From contig MU058213.1 in assembly GCA_013265495.1 (NCBI GenBank), positions 5,289,149-5,353,148 on the forward strand: DNA of 64,000 bases. The letters are read 5' to 3'. Under the pieces are notes generated by a model. The model did no database searches. It saw nothing but the letters and a program-made list of their open reading frames with translations, and was not told the origin of the DNA. Each line of letters begins with the position of its first letter. Position 1 is the stretch's first letter. Source of the stretch: Vicugna vicugna. Its lineage: Eukaryota. Below are positions 37,589 to 49,971 of this stretch, one piece after another. Position numbers and translations under genes: made by a program.

Positions 37589-37599
37589 ATTAATTTAAA

Positions 37600-40500
37600 T
37601 GAAGTAACACTCTTAAATAAGCATTTATTTTGATTATATGAATATATAAGTTTGTGCAATGCAAAGAAAACTTTTTTCAAAAGTTGGCATAATATTAAAA
37701 ACTCTGATTAAGTATTAGGCCACAAAGACATTTACAATACATCCTACAAATTTGAAATCTTATAGAACACATTCTCTGAATATTCTACAATAAATAAAGC
37801 TAGATAGTAATAATGAAACTTCCTTGGATACTACGTTAAGAAAACCACACTGAAACATATGTATTTGATCTAAGGGAAATCAAACAGAAATGACAGATTT
37901 TCTAAGAATTAACAATAATTAAACCCAATATACCAAAATATGTTGATCCAAATAAAGCATTTCTCAGAGAAAATTTACATCCTTAATTACTTCTTCCAGG
38001 AATAATTTAAATTAATTAATTAATCAGTAAACCCAAGAATAAAAGAAAGAACAAAAAGATAAACTAAGTTCGGGGAACTATATTAGGAAAAATAAGACAC
38101 TAGTTGATTTTAAATGAAACAAAATTGTAAATGACAAAACCAAGGCTTGGTTCTTCAAAAATAACAATGAAAGAGATTTACCTCTGGTAACAGACCAAGT
38201 GGAAAAGAGAGGAAAATGTAAATAAATAATTTTTGAAGTGAAAAGAGATGCTTTAAAACTGTATGCTACATCAGTATTGCCAATTTAAAAAATCTACAAT
38301 AAATAAAAGAACTTCTAGAAAAGCATAACTGACCAAAATTTACTTAAGATATATAAGCAACAATAACTACAGTAGATATTAAAACCTTCTCAAAGATCCA
38401 CTAACCAAAGGAGAGCTTGGCTTATATTTCTATATAAATGGAACCCATCAGTTTTTAAGAAACACAATTCTTGGTTTTTTAAACTGTTCCATAAGATAGA
38501 GAAATATGGAAAACTTTCCAGTTTTTTTGTTCATGAATAGTATTAGTCTGATATCAAGGTCTGGCAAATAAAACACAAATCACCTACCTATAATTTTACT
38601 TGTGAGTATCCAAGCCGAAAAAAATCAAAACCTAAATATTGGAAAATTCAGTCTAGCAGTATATGTATATGTGTATCATGACTAAATAGGTGTCTTTTCA
38701 AGAACACAAGACTAGTTCAACCGCAGAACATTTAAAATATAATATAATTAACTAATGACATAAAAAGTAACAGAAGAATTTTTTGAAATGCAATATCGTC
38801 ATTAAATATTCAAAAGACATCTGATGAACTCCAACACACAGTCCTGTTTTTAAAATAACATTGCTTAAATTTTTAGAAAAGTCTTAGCCTGATAAACAGG
38901 AAACAGGAAACTTAATGAGTGGCTCACTAAAGGCGTTGTCTTTAAACTCAGGAAAAATACAAGGATGCTGGTTTTAATTATTATAATTCAGTATTTTTGT
39001 AATGATTTCTGCCCATACAATAAATTCAAGAAAATGAAATAAATAGAAGTGTTAAAAAGAGAGTAAATGATGATTATTTATAGTTCATATTATATGCTAT
39101 CTAAAAAAATTTAAGATAACCAAACAATTTAGGGCTTTTTAATAGTAAAATTAACATAAATCTCAAACTGGCTTTAAAGATATTAAACATGACTGGTTTA
39201 CATAACTGCAAGATGGTTCAGTGATGTGATCAAGGACTCAGGTATATTCTGCCTTCATATCCTCATCTCTGTGTCAGCTTAATTAGAAGACTAGTTCTTC
39301 CCAAGGTTACAAGATGGGTGTTTATAACAGTTGGGGCTATAAGCTTCCTTGTTCATGTCCAGGGTATATGACAGAGAACTTGGTTCTTACAGCTTTCAGA
39401 GAATTGTGGAATTCCTTTCCAAAGCCCCGAAAGTTTTTTCTCAAATTTCACTAGCCCAAATTAAACCACATTATTATTCCTGAACCAGGCATGGTTTCAA
39501 GGTTGGAAAAATGATTCTGATAGGCTTAGGCTAATTTGTTTTACCCTTAAACTTTAAACCTGTGTTTACCCTTAATCAGTGTCTCACCCAAAGCTCACAG
39601 CTGCATAGAAAAGAAGATAGATACCCAAATGAAAATCTGGTCCTGTTAGAAAGAAAGTTTAATCGATGCCAAATAGGCAACTAACCATGTTCACTGCAAT
39701 GTCAACTAGAAATGTATTTGAAACTGTAAGAAAGTTCATTAGGTTGGACAGATAGGAGATACACATGCAGAAATTGCTTGTAATGGTCAGTAGAAAATAG
39801 AATAAAAAAGGAGATCTCATCCCAACTCCAAAAATAAAGACAACTAGGTATCAAATGCCTATAAATTTAAGAATTCGCAAGAACTGGTGAAGGAAACAAT
39901 GTAACTTTACTTGAGAACATTAAAAATTAGACTTGAATTAATGAAGAGATGGGAATTCTATTTTCAAAGGGAAAATTCAGTATTACAACTTTATCCACAA
40001 AGTTAATGCTTTTTCATTAATTATAGTTGGGAGGATATGAAACTTTAAAAATGATTGAAAAATTCCCCTAGCTAATAAATATTTGAGAATAAGAATGAGG
40101 ATGTAGCTACTCAACCAGGACATCAAAAAGTATAGCAGGACTAGAGTAACTAAAATCATAACTTTACTTCTGGGAATGTTTTATACAACAGAGATGAAAT
40201 TTCAAACCAAATAATGTTGAAAAACTTGTCGAAATATTTGGTGAATAAATTAGAGTGCTCCCTTACAGTATACATAATAATATATTCTTAAAAAGTTAAA
40301 AATTTAAGTGTAAAGAGTAAAATCACAAAAATACTGAAATATATATGTCTGTGTATATATATATATATATGACAAAGTTTAATATTTTTGTAACTTGGAG
40401 ATAGAGCAGGTCTTCTTTTAGTAGGAATACCAAATTTGGTAACCATACAGAAAAATGTTTATAGACCCCAGTATATAGATTTTTCTGAACTTCTGTATGG

Positions 40501-41150
40501 CAGTCACACAACGTCATTGTAAGTTAAAGATACATGATCAGCTCGAAAATGATTTGCCACAGATAACAGATAAAAGATTTAAATTCTTATGCTGTAAGGA
40601 GTGACAAAAAACTAATAAATAAAAAACAAAACTGATGAAAAATGGGTAGAGGACATAAGCTAAAAATGCATAAAAGAGTAAATACAAATAGCTCACACAA
40701 GAAAGATGCTCAACCCCACCATTAGTCAAAGAAATGCATACAAAAACAGTATTATCTTTTAACTGTTACAGTGGGAAGAGATTTTGAAAGGCTTTACATT
40801 AACCAATATGAAAGGGAATGGGAGAAATAGGTACATTTAAAACACTTTTTATAAAGTGCATATTCTTCAACCAGTAATTCAACTTTAAGGCAGTTGTGCG
40901 AAGAGATAGACAAATATATACTAAGGGTGTCCATTTAATAGAGGGAAATTGGCAAAAACCAATTATCTATCAAAAGGAAGTTGTTTAAATTATAGCACAT
41001 TTTTATACTTCAATATTACATAGTCATTAAAAAGATGAGTTACACATTGGCATAAAAGATGAACAGAATACTTTAAGAGAAAACACATTAGTATGTATAA
41101 TGTAGTCCCAGTTTTAGAAAATAAAAAAGGTATTACAGCCAACAAATGCA
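37600..41150 (+). mobile_element. Highly decayed L1M ORF2/3' region, with a MaLR-like insertion at about 39130-39700
   Basis: A-rich strand bias and scattered ORF2-like DNA motifs (gaacacattctctga, gagaaaatttacatcctta, caggaaaaatacaaggatgc). Confidence 0.7.
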
Positions 41151-42499
41151 TTTATTTTCCCAGTGGATTGGAAGAAAAGATCATCAGCTAAGCAGGAGGT
41201 TTGGGACAGGGAACTGGAGGGGCATGAAGAGGTATATTGCTAATGCACAGATGAAATCGTGTATGACATCTGAATTATCAGGTATACTTGCAAGATTCCT
41301 GAGCTCCATCCCTGATCTACCAAATCATAGTCTGTGAAGTTAGGCTATCCTAATGCACCCTGAAGTCTGGAACCTTTGAAATGAAAGGTTAACTAAGGAT
41401 ATGGGGCCATTGCTGATGCTAGATTACAATTATGTTTAGGGTCAATCAATGCATTTATATAATTTTTTTCCAGCATTATTCAACAGTGTGGGAAGAGAGC
41501 ATTTGAGAAAAATCGATGACTGGATATACTTGGAGTTGGAGCTTGGCATTGTAGGTGTAGAAGAAAGTCAATGGGTCAGTGGAACCAGACATGCTGGTAG
41601 GTGCATCATTAACCTGGGTGATTGTGAGGTAAGAACTGGGTGGAGAGGGAGGAGTTGAGGGGCTGGAATTTATAAGGAGGATTCGAAGCAGATTTGTGAA
41701 ATCAGACAGTGGATGAAATGTGAGAACTGGAAGTTTTAGTCAGTGAGATGTGTCTTGGCATGAAAGATTTTGAGAAAGGAGATGGTGACAGAGTCCCAAC
41801 AGTGGCCATCAAAAGGACTTCTGAACTAGAACAGGGATAAAGTTGGCTGAAGTAGAAGTGGTTGGGGAAGTGAGGTCAGAATGCGAGATAGTTATCCTTA
41901 CGAACACCAGACTTGTTAAACCCCACGATGGAGGAAAAAATGGTTACTCAAGGCAAAAGCAGATAGAAAAGAGAATGCTGAGGTCAGGGAGGGACAGAGC
42001 CAGGGAGAAATGAAAGAGCTGGGTGGGTTAGCTCCAGAGACTCAGCATGGCACTGTATCTAGGTAAGCACAATTTTAGAACTGGTGGTGACAGGGTGAAT
42101 CAATATGTTTGCAATGCACAGTGACCTCTAGGATGTCCATGTGGTGACAGCTGGAATTTTGGTTCAATACTTTGCACATGCTTCTATTTACTACATGATG
42201 TCTTCACTTGGAGGTCATAATTCCTTAGAAGCAGAGATCTATCTTCCTTATTTTTGAATCTCTACTGCTTAATGCTGTGCCTGACATACAGGAAATACTC
42301 AATAAAAGATTTTTCTGGATGAATAAATGAAAAAAACTAAGCAGCTCTGTATTTCTGATAGGAGCTTTGGTGTGAGGGTGCTTTGCACAGGGGAGGGGGA
42401 GCAAGTTAGGTTTGACAATGAACTCACGGTGAAGGAGGTGAAAAGTGTAACTGTCCTCTGAAAGTAGAGTGAAAAAATTATAAAGATTTCATTCTCCTC

Positions 42500-43590
42500 C
42501 ACCTAGGCCTGAAATGATCAGTATCACAAGCTCAGCCTCTGCTTTCTTCAAATTTTCTTTTAGATAACCTCATCTTTTTAAAAATTTAATTTAATTTAAT
42601 TTTAGGTAACCTCATCTTTGTTTGCAGCTTCTGTTATCATCACACAGACCTTTCTCCTAATACAGACCCATATCGTTTCCTACTTGACACAGTCTCTCAG
42701 AGGCACCAGAGAACCCCTCAGCCTGCACAAGTAGAATTCATGACCTTCCCTGGAGTTCCTGGTCCTCTCCTGGGGTTTAACACCTCCTTCCCCAACAAGC
42801 CAAGAATACAGCCATCAGACGTGACTTTCTTTTCCTTATCCTTCATAGCCAATCCAGCAAGTCCTTCCAATTTGAAGATATAAAGAACTCTTGAATCCTT
42901 CCATTTCTCTCCATTGTCAAAGCCACAACCTAGTCCTGGAATTCTATATTTCCCCCCCCCCCGCCCCTCCGCCGCAATGAGTCTACTTATGCTCACTTTA
43001 GGCCCCCTTCAGTCCCCTCTCCACCTCACAGCTAGACGATCGATTCAAAACTCAAATCTGGTGATGCCCTGTTAAAGTTAAAACACTTTAGTGACCTATT
43101 ATTACTCTTAACCCTAAACATGATTTACAAAGCTCAGTATAGTCTGGCTTCTGCCCATGGCTCCAGCTTCATTTTGCACTGCGCTCCTGTGCTGTCTCTG
43201 GAAGCCAGTCACAGCAGGTTTCTTTCGTCCATGAATAGACACCATACTGTTCCCATCCCCACCCTCCACCCCAAGACCTTCTTCACTTCATGTAGTTAAC
43301 CTCTACACTTTCTTCTGATCTCAGCTCAGACACGACTTCCCAGGAGAAGCCACCAGGGATCTCTGGCAAGATGAAATCCCCTCTTACATTTACTCATAGA
43401 AATATGTCCTCCATCTTCATAGCATATATCTCTGCTGTGATTCCATATTTCTGTGTGCATGATTATTTCACTTGTGTCTGTCTGTCACGAGACTCTAAGC
43501 TCTGTAAGGGGCAAGAGCCCCAGGTGATTTGCTAAGTGCAGTGCTTGGCACATAATGAGTATGCCATAAATACTTGTAAGGTGAGTGAAC
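42500..43590 (+). mobile_element. L2 3' region
   Basis: Pyrimidine-rich L2 body ending cagtgcttggcacataatgagtatgccataaatacttg..gagtgaa. Confidence 0.7.
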
Positions 43591-44740
43591 AGAGAGACCA
43601 AAGAACACACTTGTGTGGCATTAGGTGTAGTCACAACAATGAAGTCCTGTTCCTCTGGTCCGTCCACTGGGACTTGGGGTAGTGTGGTCCTAAATGACTC
43701 TCCTAGACAGTGGTATCCACGAGGTCTTAACCAGGAGTTAGAGTCAGAATGCTGCATTCTTATCTTGGCTCTGCAATGGAGTGTCCTCAGGCAAGTTATA
43801 ATCTCTTTAGGCCTAAACTCTGGGTTTCACCCACAGATTAGGTGTGTCTTCTGCCCTTGAACTCTTCTCCAGACCCCTCCTTCTCTTCCAGCCTGCCTCC
43901 TCAGCTGGGACTGACTGTGGGCCTCCTGCAAAGATAAGGGAGGGCCTGAAAGAGAGCCAGCTTTCCTGTGGGAGGGCTGGGAGGAAGCACACAGTGTGAG
44001 CACTGATTCCGTGGGATTGCCTTGGTATTCCGAAGCAACTGCTGGATTCTATTTCTTCCGACAAAACTAGTTTCGAAAAACAATTGAAGGCTTGAATATC
44101 TGACATGACCAGAAGCTAGTCCTGGACACGGTTTGTTGCCTGCAAGGATGTTAATTCATCAAACTTAAAAGATATAACCTAGAAGCCTTGTTCAGATATA
44201 TTTACCCCCTTTCTTGTTTAATTGGGGTGGCCTGTACTCAGATTAATCTCTTTCTGCTTCAGCGATCTCCAAGCAGTATAGACTTTCAAGCTGTTATTGT
44301 TTATTTGCAATTCATTTTGCCTAAATATTTCATGGTAAATGAAGGAGAGTAACCTGGTTTTCAAACTGCAGTGCTTCTTAAGTTAGCTTATTGATCCTTC
44401 TGGTTCTGGATCCCAAACTATCCTTAGTAGATGAAGTATGGCTACAGTAACTGAGGAGGAGATCCCATCCTGTCCTACAGACTTGCCATGTGAAACTTGC
44501 AGTGGTCTCTCCGTGAGTTAATTTCTTCATCTCTAGAGCAAATGCAGTGATTCTTAACACCCTCAGGGAGGTGTCATTAAATTAGTGAAATGTTATCGGA
44601 AGAAAACAAGAGTGACTAATCTTGCAGAACAACATTTCTATATTTTCTTCATATTTTCCAATTTGTAAGAAATCTCCTTCAGAAAAGAGTGCTTACACTG
44701 GATATATATATATATACCTGATTTGACAATTCCAAGCAAC

Positions 44741-45203
44741 ACCACAACCACCCACTTCCGAATAGGGGAAAAAAAATCAGAAGCTTGCAATTGTGCAACA
44801 TGTAAATCTCTTCTGGCCTGGAGCCCATCGCTGTGGTTTGGCAACACAACCAACACATCTCTTTTCTCATCTCTTGAAAAAAAAAAACTCAACAGAGGGA
44901 AAAAATACCTTGAGAATAAAGGTAATGATTAATCCATCGGGCACAAAAAGAACTGTTTTTGGGATTTCAGGTTCTAGCTCACCGTTTCAAATAAACAGCA
45001 GTGAACAGGGAATGACAATTTCACCAAAAGAGGATTAAGCCACAGGCTCTAATTGGGGCAGGATTTGAATGGCCGGAGAATCTCGCTAGGCATCTCTAGG
45101 AATCTGCGAGCAGCTGTCAAAACTTCCATTTCATGTGTCAGTGAAGTAGGAACCAGAAGAAGCAGGTATTAGTGAAAAGAGCGGTCCTTGGAGAAGCCCC
45201 AGG
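44741..45203 (+). promoter_or_regulatory. AQP9: AQP9 proximal promoter and 5' UTR (non-CpG-island promoter)
   Basis: Directly upstream of the AQP9 ATG, and 45000-45203 resembles the human AQP9 5' UTR as I recall it. Contains HNF1-like GGTAATGATTAAT (44921-44933), FOXA/TATA-like CAAATAAACA (44988-44997) and C/EBP ATTGTGCAAC (44790-44799). Confidence 0.8.
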
Positions 45204-45314
45204 ATGCAGTCTGAGACAAGACAAAGGAAGAAAAGCTGGAAGCAGAGACTGGTTTTGAAGAACAGCTTAGCAAAAGAAACGCTCTCCGAGCTCTTGGGCA
45301 CATTTATAATGATT
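45204..45314 (+). CDS. AQP9: Aquaporin-9 (aquaglyceroporin), coding part of exon 1; later exons not found in the window
   Basis: Translates to MQSETRQRKKSWKQRLVLKNSLAKETLSELLGTFIMI (37 codons, 111 nt), matching AQP9 KQRLVLK..LAKETLSE.LGTF. Donor ATT|GTAAGT at 45315. Known head-to-head synteny with ALDH1A2. Confidence 0.97.
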
Positions 45315-46244
45315 GTAAGTATTTTCTGATTTCCTGAATTCTGACCCAACAATGCCTTGTTTGTAACCTTGTTGGTGGTAAAGGGTTTTGTCTTGGTTCC
45401 TTTTCTTTAAGTTCATCATCGGACTCATCTCTTCCAGGAAACAGCAAGTTACTTCCAGATTGTTTGGCTACTCAGTGGCCAAAACTTTAGGTTTCCATGT
45501 ACTCACTTCATTTATCTACCAAAGTGGATGGGAGTGGAAGAGGGGGCATGAAGCATTTTCTTCATTTCAGAGTTTACTCAGGCTATAAGATGACTGTATG
45601 AGTTTTCTCTCGTTGGTTCATTGATTGATCTCCTGCTTGTTTCCCACAGACATTGAGGTGGTTCAGTCACTTGAAGTATTGACAGTCCAGAAATATGGAT
45701 GCCGAGAAACAGCTTATTATCACAATTGCTTGGCAAAGATTGTGTTGTCAGATCACTTGATTTTTACTAAATTAGAAATTGTACTAATTTATTAGGTAGA
45801 AATAGTGTACTGTGCAAAGGTCCAGTTTTATATCATTTTTTTTCTATTTAACTCAAGCTAATCTCTGAAGAGTTTTAATTAGACAGTTACAAAAACCTTC
45901 CAGAGATAAAGGAAGGATGGATTCTAAGAACCTCTCGAGGATTTTGTCCAGAGATTTGTGCAGCTATTAACAAAAGACTGGAAAGTTTGCTTACGTGGCA
46001 TGGGGTCTAAGCTTTCATCCTATTGCATATTCCAGCATTCTCTGGATCCTGAAGTTTTAGCTGGAGTCAAACAATTTGTGAGCAGAAAATTAAACGTGTA
46101 ATCATTTTCATGGGAAGCAACTACTGCTTTTAACCAGCTTTAAACAAGTAACAACAAAAACCTGCTCAAAAATTCCCCACTCCATGTTCGAATAATTCCA
46201 TTCTTCTTAAGATTACCCATAAACTTTGTACATTAAAAGTGCTT

Positions 46245-46465
46245 TGGTAATGTGCAGCATGGTGACTATAGTTAGTAATACTGTAATGCACACTTGAAAA
46301 CTGCTAACAGAGTATATCTTAAAAGTTCTCATTACACCAAAAAAGGTGTAACTGTGTATGGTGATGGATATTAACCAGACTTATTCTGGTGTTCCTTTCA
46401 CTATATAAACAAATATTGAATCATTGTTAATTCTAATTATACCTCAATTTAAAAAACAAAAAAGG
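46245..46465 (+). mobile_element. L1MA-like extreme 3' end
   Basis: cagcatggtgactatagttagtaatactgta..cttgaaaactgctaacagagtatatcttaaaagttctc. Confidence 0.85.
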
Positions 46466-47879
46466 TCTTTGCTTTGAGTGAATACGTAATAATTTAGGAG
46501 AATAAGCCAAGACTGAGAAGTGAACGTGAACTAAAAAAATGGAACTAGTGTAAAAAGAGAGAGCGTAGTAAATTTTCTAGTCTCTGAAGGCTTCTTTTTA
46601 CCTGATTCATCCAAGTATTTTCAACTGTTATGGATAACTTCTCACGTTCTCTCTTGACTATCCTCACTGCTCACCTATGTGACTTAGGCAGGGGCAGGCC
46701 AGGGGGTGGGGAAGGGCGTTGGGAGGAAAAGAGAGAGAAACATCCAAGATTCTTCTGATTCTAGTCACTGCTTACTGGAAAATTGCCCTCAGGGAGACAG
46801 AAACCCTGGAGTTATGTTGACAATTTGGTGCCCAAGGGGAAAATGGTTATTACCACAGCCTCACTTCATCTTCATGGTGACCTGTGGTACAGACAAGTCA
46901 AGCCAATTCAGTTACAGTTCTGAGTGCTCTGCGATAATATAGAGGAAGTGAACTAAACATCTATGTATTTTGTAACCCCCCCAAATTAAAACCCTTTTTA
47001 TTTCTTAACAAGGACCTATTTCATAATCCCATCCTGTCTGAGTTGAGTAAATGAAAGCAGCTTTTAGCCATTCACTATTCTACTCATGCAAAGAATAATG
47101 TGCCTTCCATTACTATTCAAAGCAGGACCTAAAGAAATACTATATGTTGAAAAATTAAGCTTTGTATCTTTTCTGGCTAAAGCCAATTATTTCCTGAAAG
47201 GTTTGATTTCTGTCTACACGTATATTTTCTAAAGCAAACCCTGATGAAATCTTTAATTGTGACTTTCATCTTCAATTTTGTTGAGGCTTGTGGGGATGTG
47301 TAAACGAGAAATTTCTGCAAAAACACAAATTTTTAACTAATAAGTTTACATGGTTTTGCTCAAAGATTATCCAAAGTAATTGTTTCTGCTTTATTAGAAA
47401 ATGTGCATTTTGCCTTGCTTTCTCTAGTAAAAAGCTTTGCACGTTGATAAGGCATGGAGCAAAGGGAGCACTAAAAAGCTGGCAGAAGAGGTGCAGGACT
47501 CACAGGTCCTTCAAATTTGTGAGGCTGGCTTCCCCCAGACACTGGGAGTCTGATGCTGGTTCCCCTGCTCCTCTCAAAAACTGCTCTTAATTAAGGGAAG
47601 CGTCTCAACCTCATTTCACTGCGGTGTAAATGACTGATAAGGGCTACAGGTAAGCATTAAGGGAAGAGAAGGTCCATAAAATTTTTTTGTAGACTAAGAC
47701 TAAACACACCAATAATTAAATCCTAAGCTAAAGAGCTCGCTCCAAGTTGGCCTTTTAGACATAGGGATAGGCAGGCCTTTTTGCCTTTGCTAGTGCCAGG
47801 GAGAAGGCTTGCAATGCGTCTTCCCCATCACAGAGAAGAGGTTTAGAAGCGTTGAGCTGCCGAGGTAGGGGGTGTGTAT

Positions 47880-48070
47880 GAAGTACCACCCATTTGTTAG
47901 CTTCTTTACGTATATTTGTTTAATCCTTACAGTGGCTGCGTTAGGAAGGCTTTATTATCACTCATAAACAGTTGGAGAAGTGAGGGCTCAAAGAGATGAA
48001 GTGACTGGCCAAAACCAGAAAAGCAGTGGACTGGGATTCCTTCTAGTCCTAGAGCCTACGCTTTCCACAT
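47880..48070 (-). mobile_element. MIR SINE
   Basis: ttaatccttacagt..ttattatc..gagaagtgagggctcaaagagatgaagtgactggccaa. Confidence 0.7.
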
Positions 48071-49816
48071 ACTTCTCACCCATTGCTGGAATTCCTTTGG
48101 CCAGTCCTTGATAGACAGTAAATCAGACTTTGCTTTAACATTTCCACAGACGAGAGCCCCAAGTTATCTCTGATTCACTTGTGGGCATGTGAATCTAATC
48201 GGTGAGCATCTGATGAGACCAACCATCAGTTGTGTCTCTAAGCAGAAAAGACTGCTCACCTCACGGGGACATGTGTGCGGTGAAAGCAGAGAACAGGAGA
48301 TTTCTCAGCCCTCTGCGTGTGGGCCCATGGTGTCTGGGTTTCAAAGTGCACATTGAATATACACTCCTTGTGAAATTCCTGACATAGGAGGCTCATTATA
48401 TGCTGGCTCCCTCACCCCTCGATCCTTCCCCTCTTTTACCTGAGAGTACTTGAAAACAGCTGCTTTGTTCCCTCCTGGGCATTGTGCCCACGCCTCTCCC
48501 TGGCATCGCCTACCGAACTCTGTCCCTACATAAATGGGACCCCATTGATGTGTGTTGAATTAATAATTCCTTTTTTAGGCTGAACTTCTCAAGATCTCTT
48601 GTCATTTCTCTCAGGAGCTGTGTTCACGCCTCACCATTCCGTGTACCCTCTTTGCTTTCCAAACATTTCGGGATTCTTTCATACAGAGCTCATACTCTTG
48701 AAGACGCTGAGGTAAACAGCCCAGCAAGCAACCGTATTTCCTCTTGTGGTGGAAGGGCATCCTTCCCGGCTGGACTTTTGAGTGGATAGCATCTACTTGT
48801 GTATTGAGAAAGATCTTACATTCTTAAGCTTGTACATTAGACACCTACCTTTTGGCATATCTAAGAATGAAATAATGCAGATACTTTTGCTAAAAGTAAT
48901 AACTTTTATCTGTGCCCTGAAGGGAAATAGAAAGGGCAGAGCCCTGGGACACAGGATATGGAGGTCAGAGGGGAGTGTGCAGTGTAAGAGGGAGGGAGGA
49001 GGCGGGATGGGCAGAGAAATTTCAGACCCCACAGTGTTTCCCATTTCTGATCTGCCTTCCTCCATGACTTTGTGACCAAACTTCTCTCCTTGCCAGAGTC
49101 ACCAAGTTCACGTCCTCTGTTCTGGGCGGGTTCTCAGATATGCTGGCTATAGAAGTTGCAGGGCTTTTAAATGATTATTACAAAGTGTGCTCAGATCTTG
49201 GAATAGGTCTGTTCCATCTTAGGGAGCTTTTGAAATAAAAGAATATATGGTCAGCATTTAGAGTGAAATAGGAAAGTTCTTAAAATTAGCCAGTTCTTAA
49301 AATAAGTCTGCTTTGCAGGGTGTCATTCAGGACATTCTGGTCCACTACATTATTTAGAATTCCCAGGGACTCACAGGACAGCGATGAGGTAGGAGTGAGG
49401 CTGGTGCAGTCACTTGCCCTCGGAATCAGCGTGGAGCCCAGCTGTCCTGCCTTATGCACTGGTCTTGGGTTCCCACTGTGCTTTACCTTTAAGAGGCATA
49501 CAGTGTTTTTTCATCTGGACTCTTATTTTTATAACTCTTCTTGTGTGGGGGGGGAGACAGACAGACAGACAGAAAGGTGATCAACTTCATTTTGCCAGAT
49601 GGGAAAATAGGTTTACCATAGCTAAGAGGTTCACCCAAGGTCACCCAGCCCATGAATGCATGAGTAAGGCTTGATATCTTAACTCTAGTCATTCCGAATA
49701 AACCATTATTTAATGAGAATTAACTCCTTTCATGTGAAAGCCAAAGAGAACTTAAGTAATTTTATAGCCTAAACTACATTAGATAGTAGAGTGTCAGAAG
49801 ATTATTATATAGAACA

Positions 49817-49837
49817 TTGGAAAAGAATCTGAAAAAA

Positions 49838-49886
<49 letters not shown>

Positions 49887-49971
49887 ATGAATAACTGAAT
49901 TGCTTTGCTGTACACCTCAAACTAATATTGTAGATCAACTACACGTCAATAAAAAGTAAGAATTTTTTAAA
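49817..49971 (+). mobile_element. 155-bp 5'-truncated L1 tail with a (TG)n(TA)n microsatellite and 19-bp TSD
   Basis: TSD AAGATTATTATATAGAACA (49798-49816) and AAGATTACTATATCGAACA (49972-49990); tail ataactgaattgctttgctgtacacct..atcaactacacgtcaataaaa. Confidence 0.9.

Noticed and set aside
44650..44660. Tonicity-responsive element (TonE/NFAT5) upstream of AQP9
   Set aside because: The minus strand reads TGGAAAATATG, which fails the TGGAAANNYNY consensus at both pyrimidine positions.
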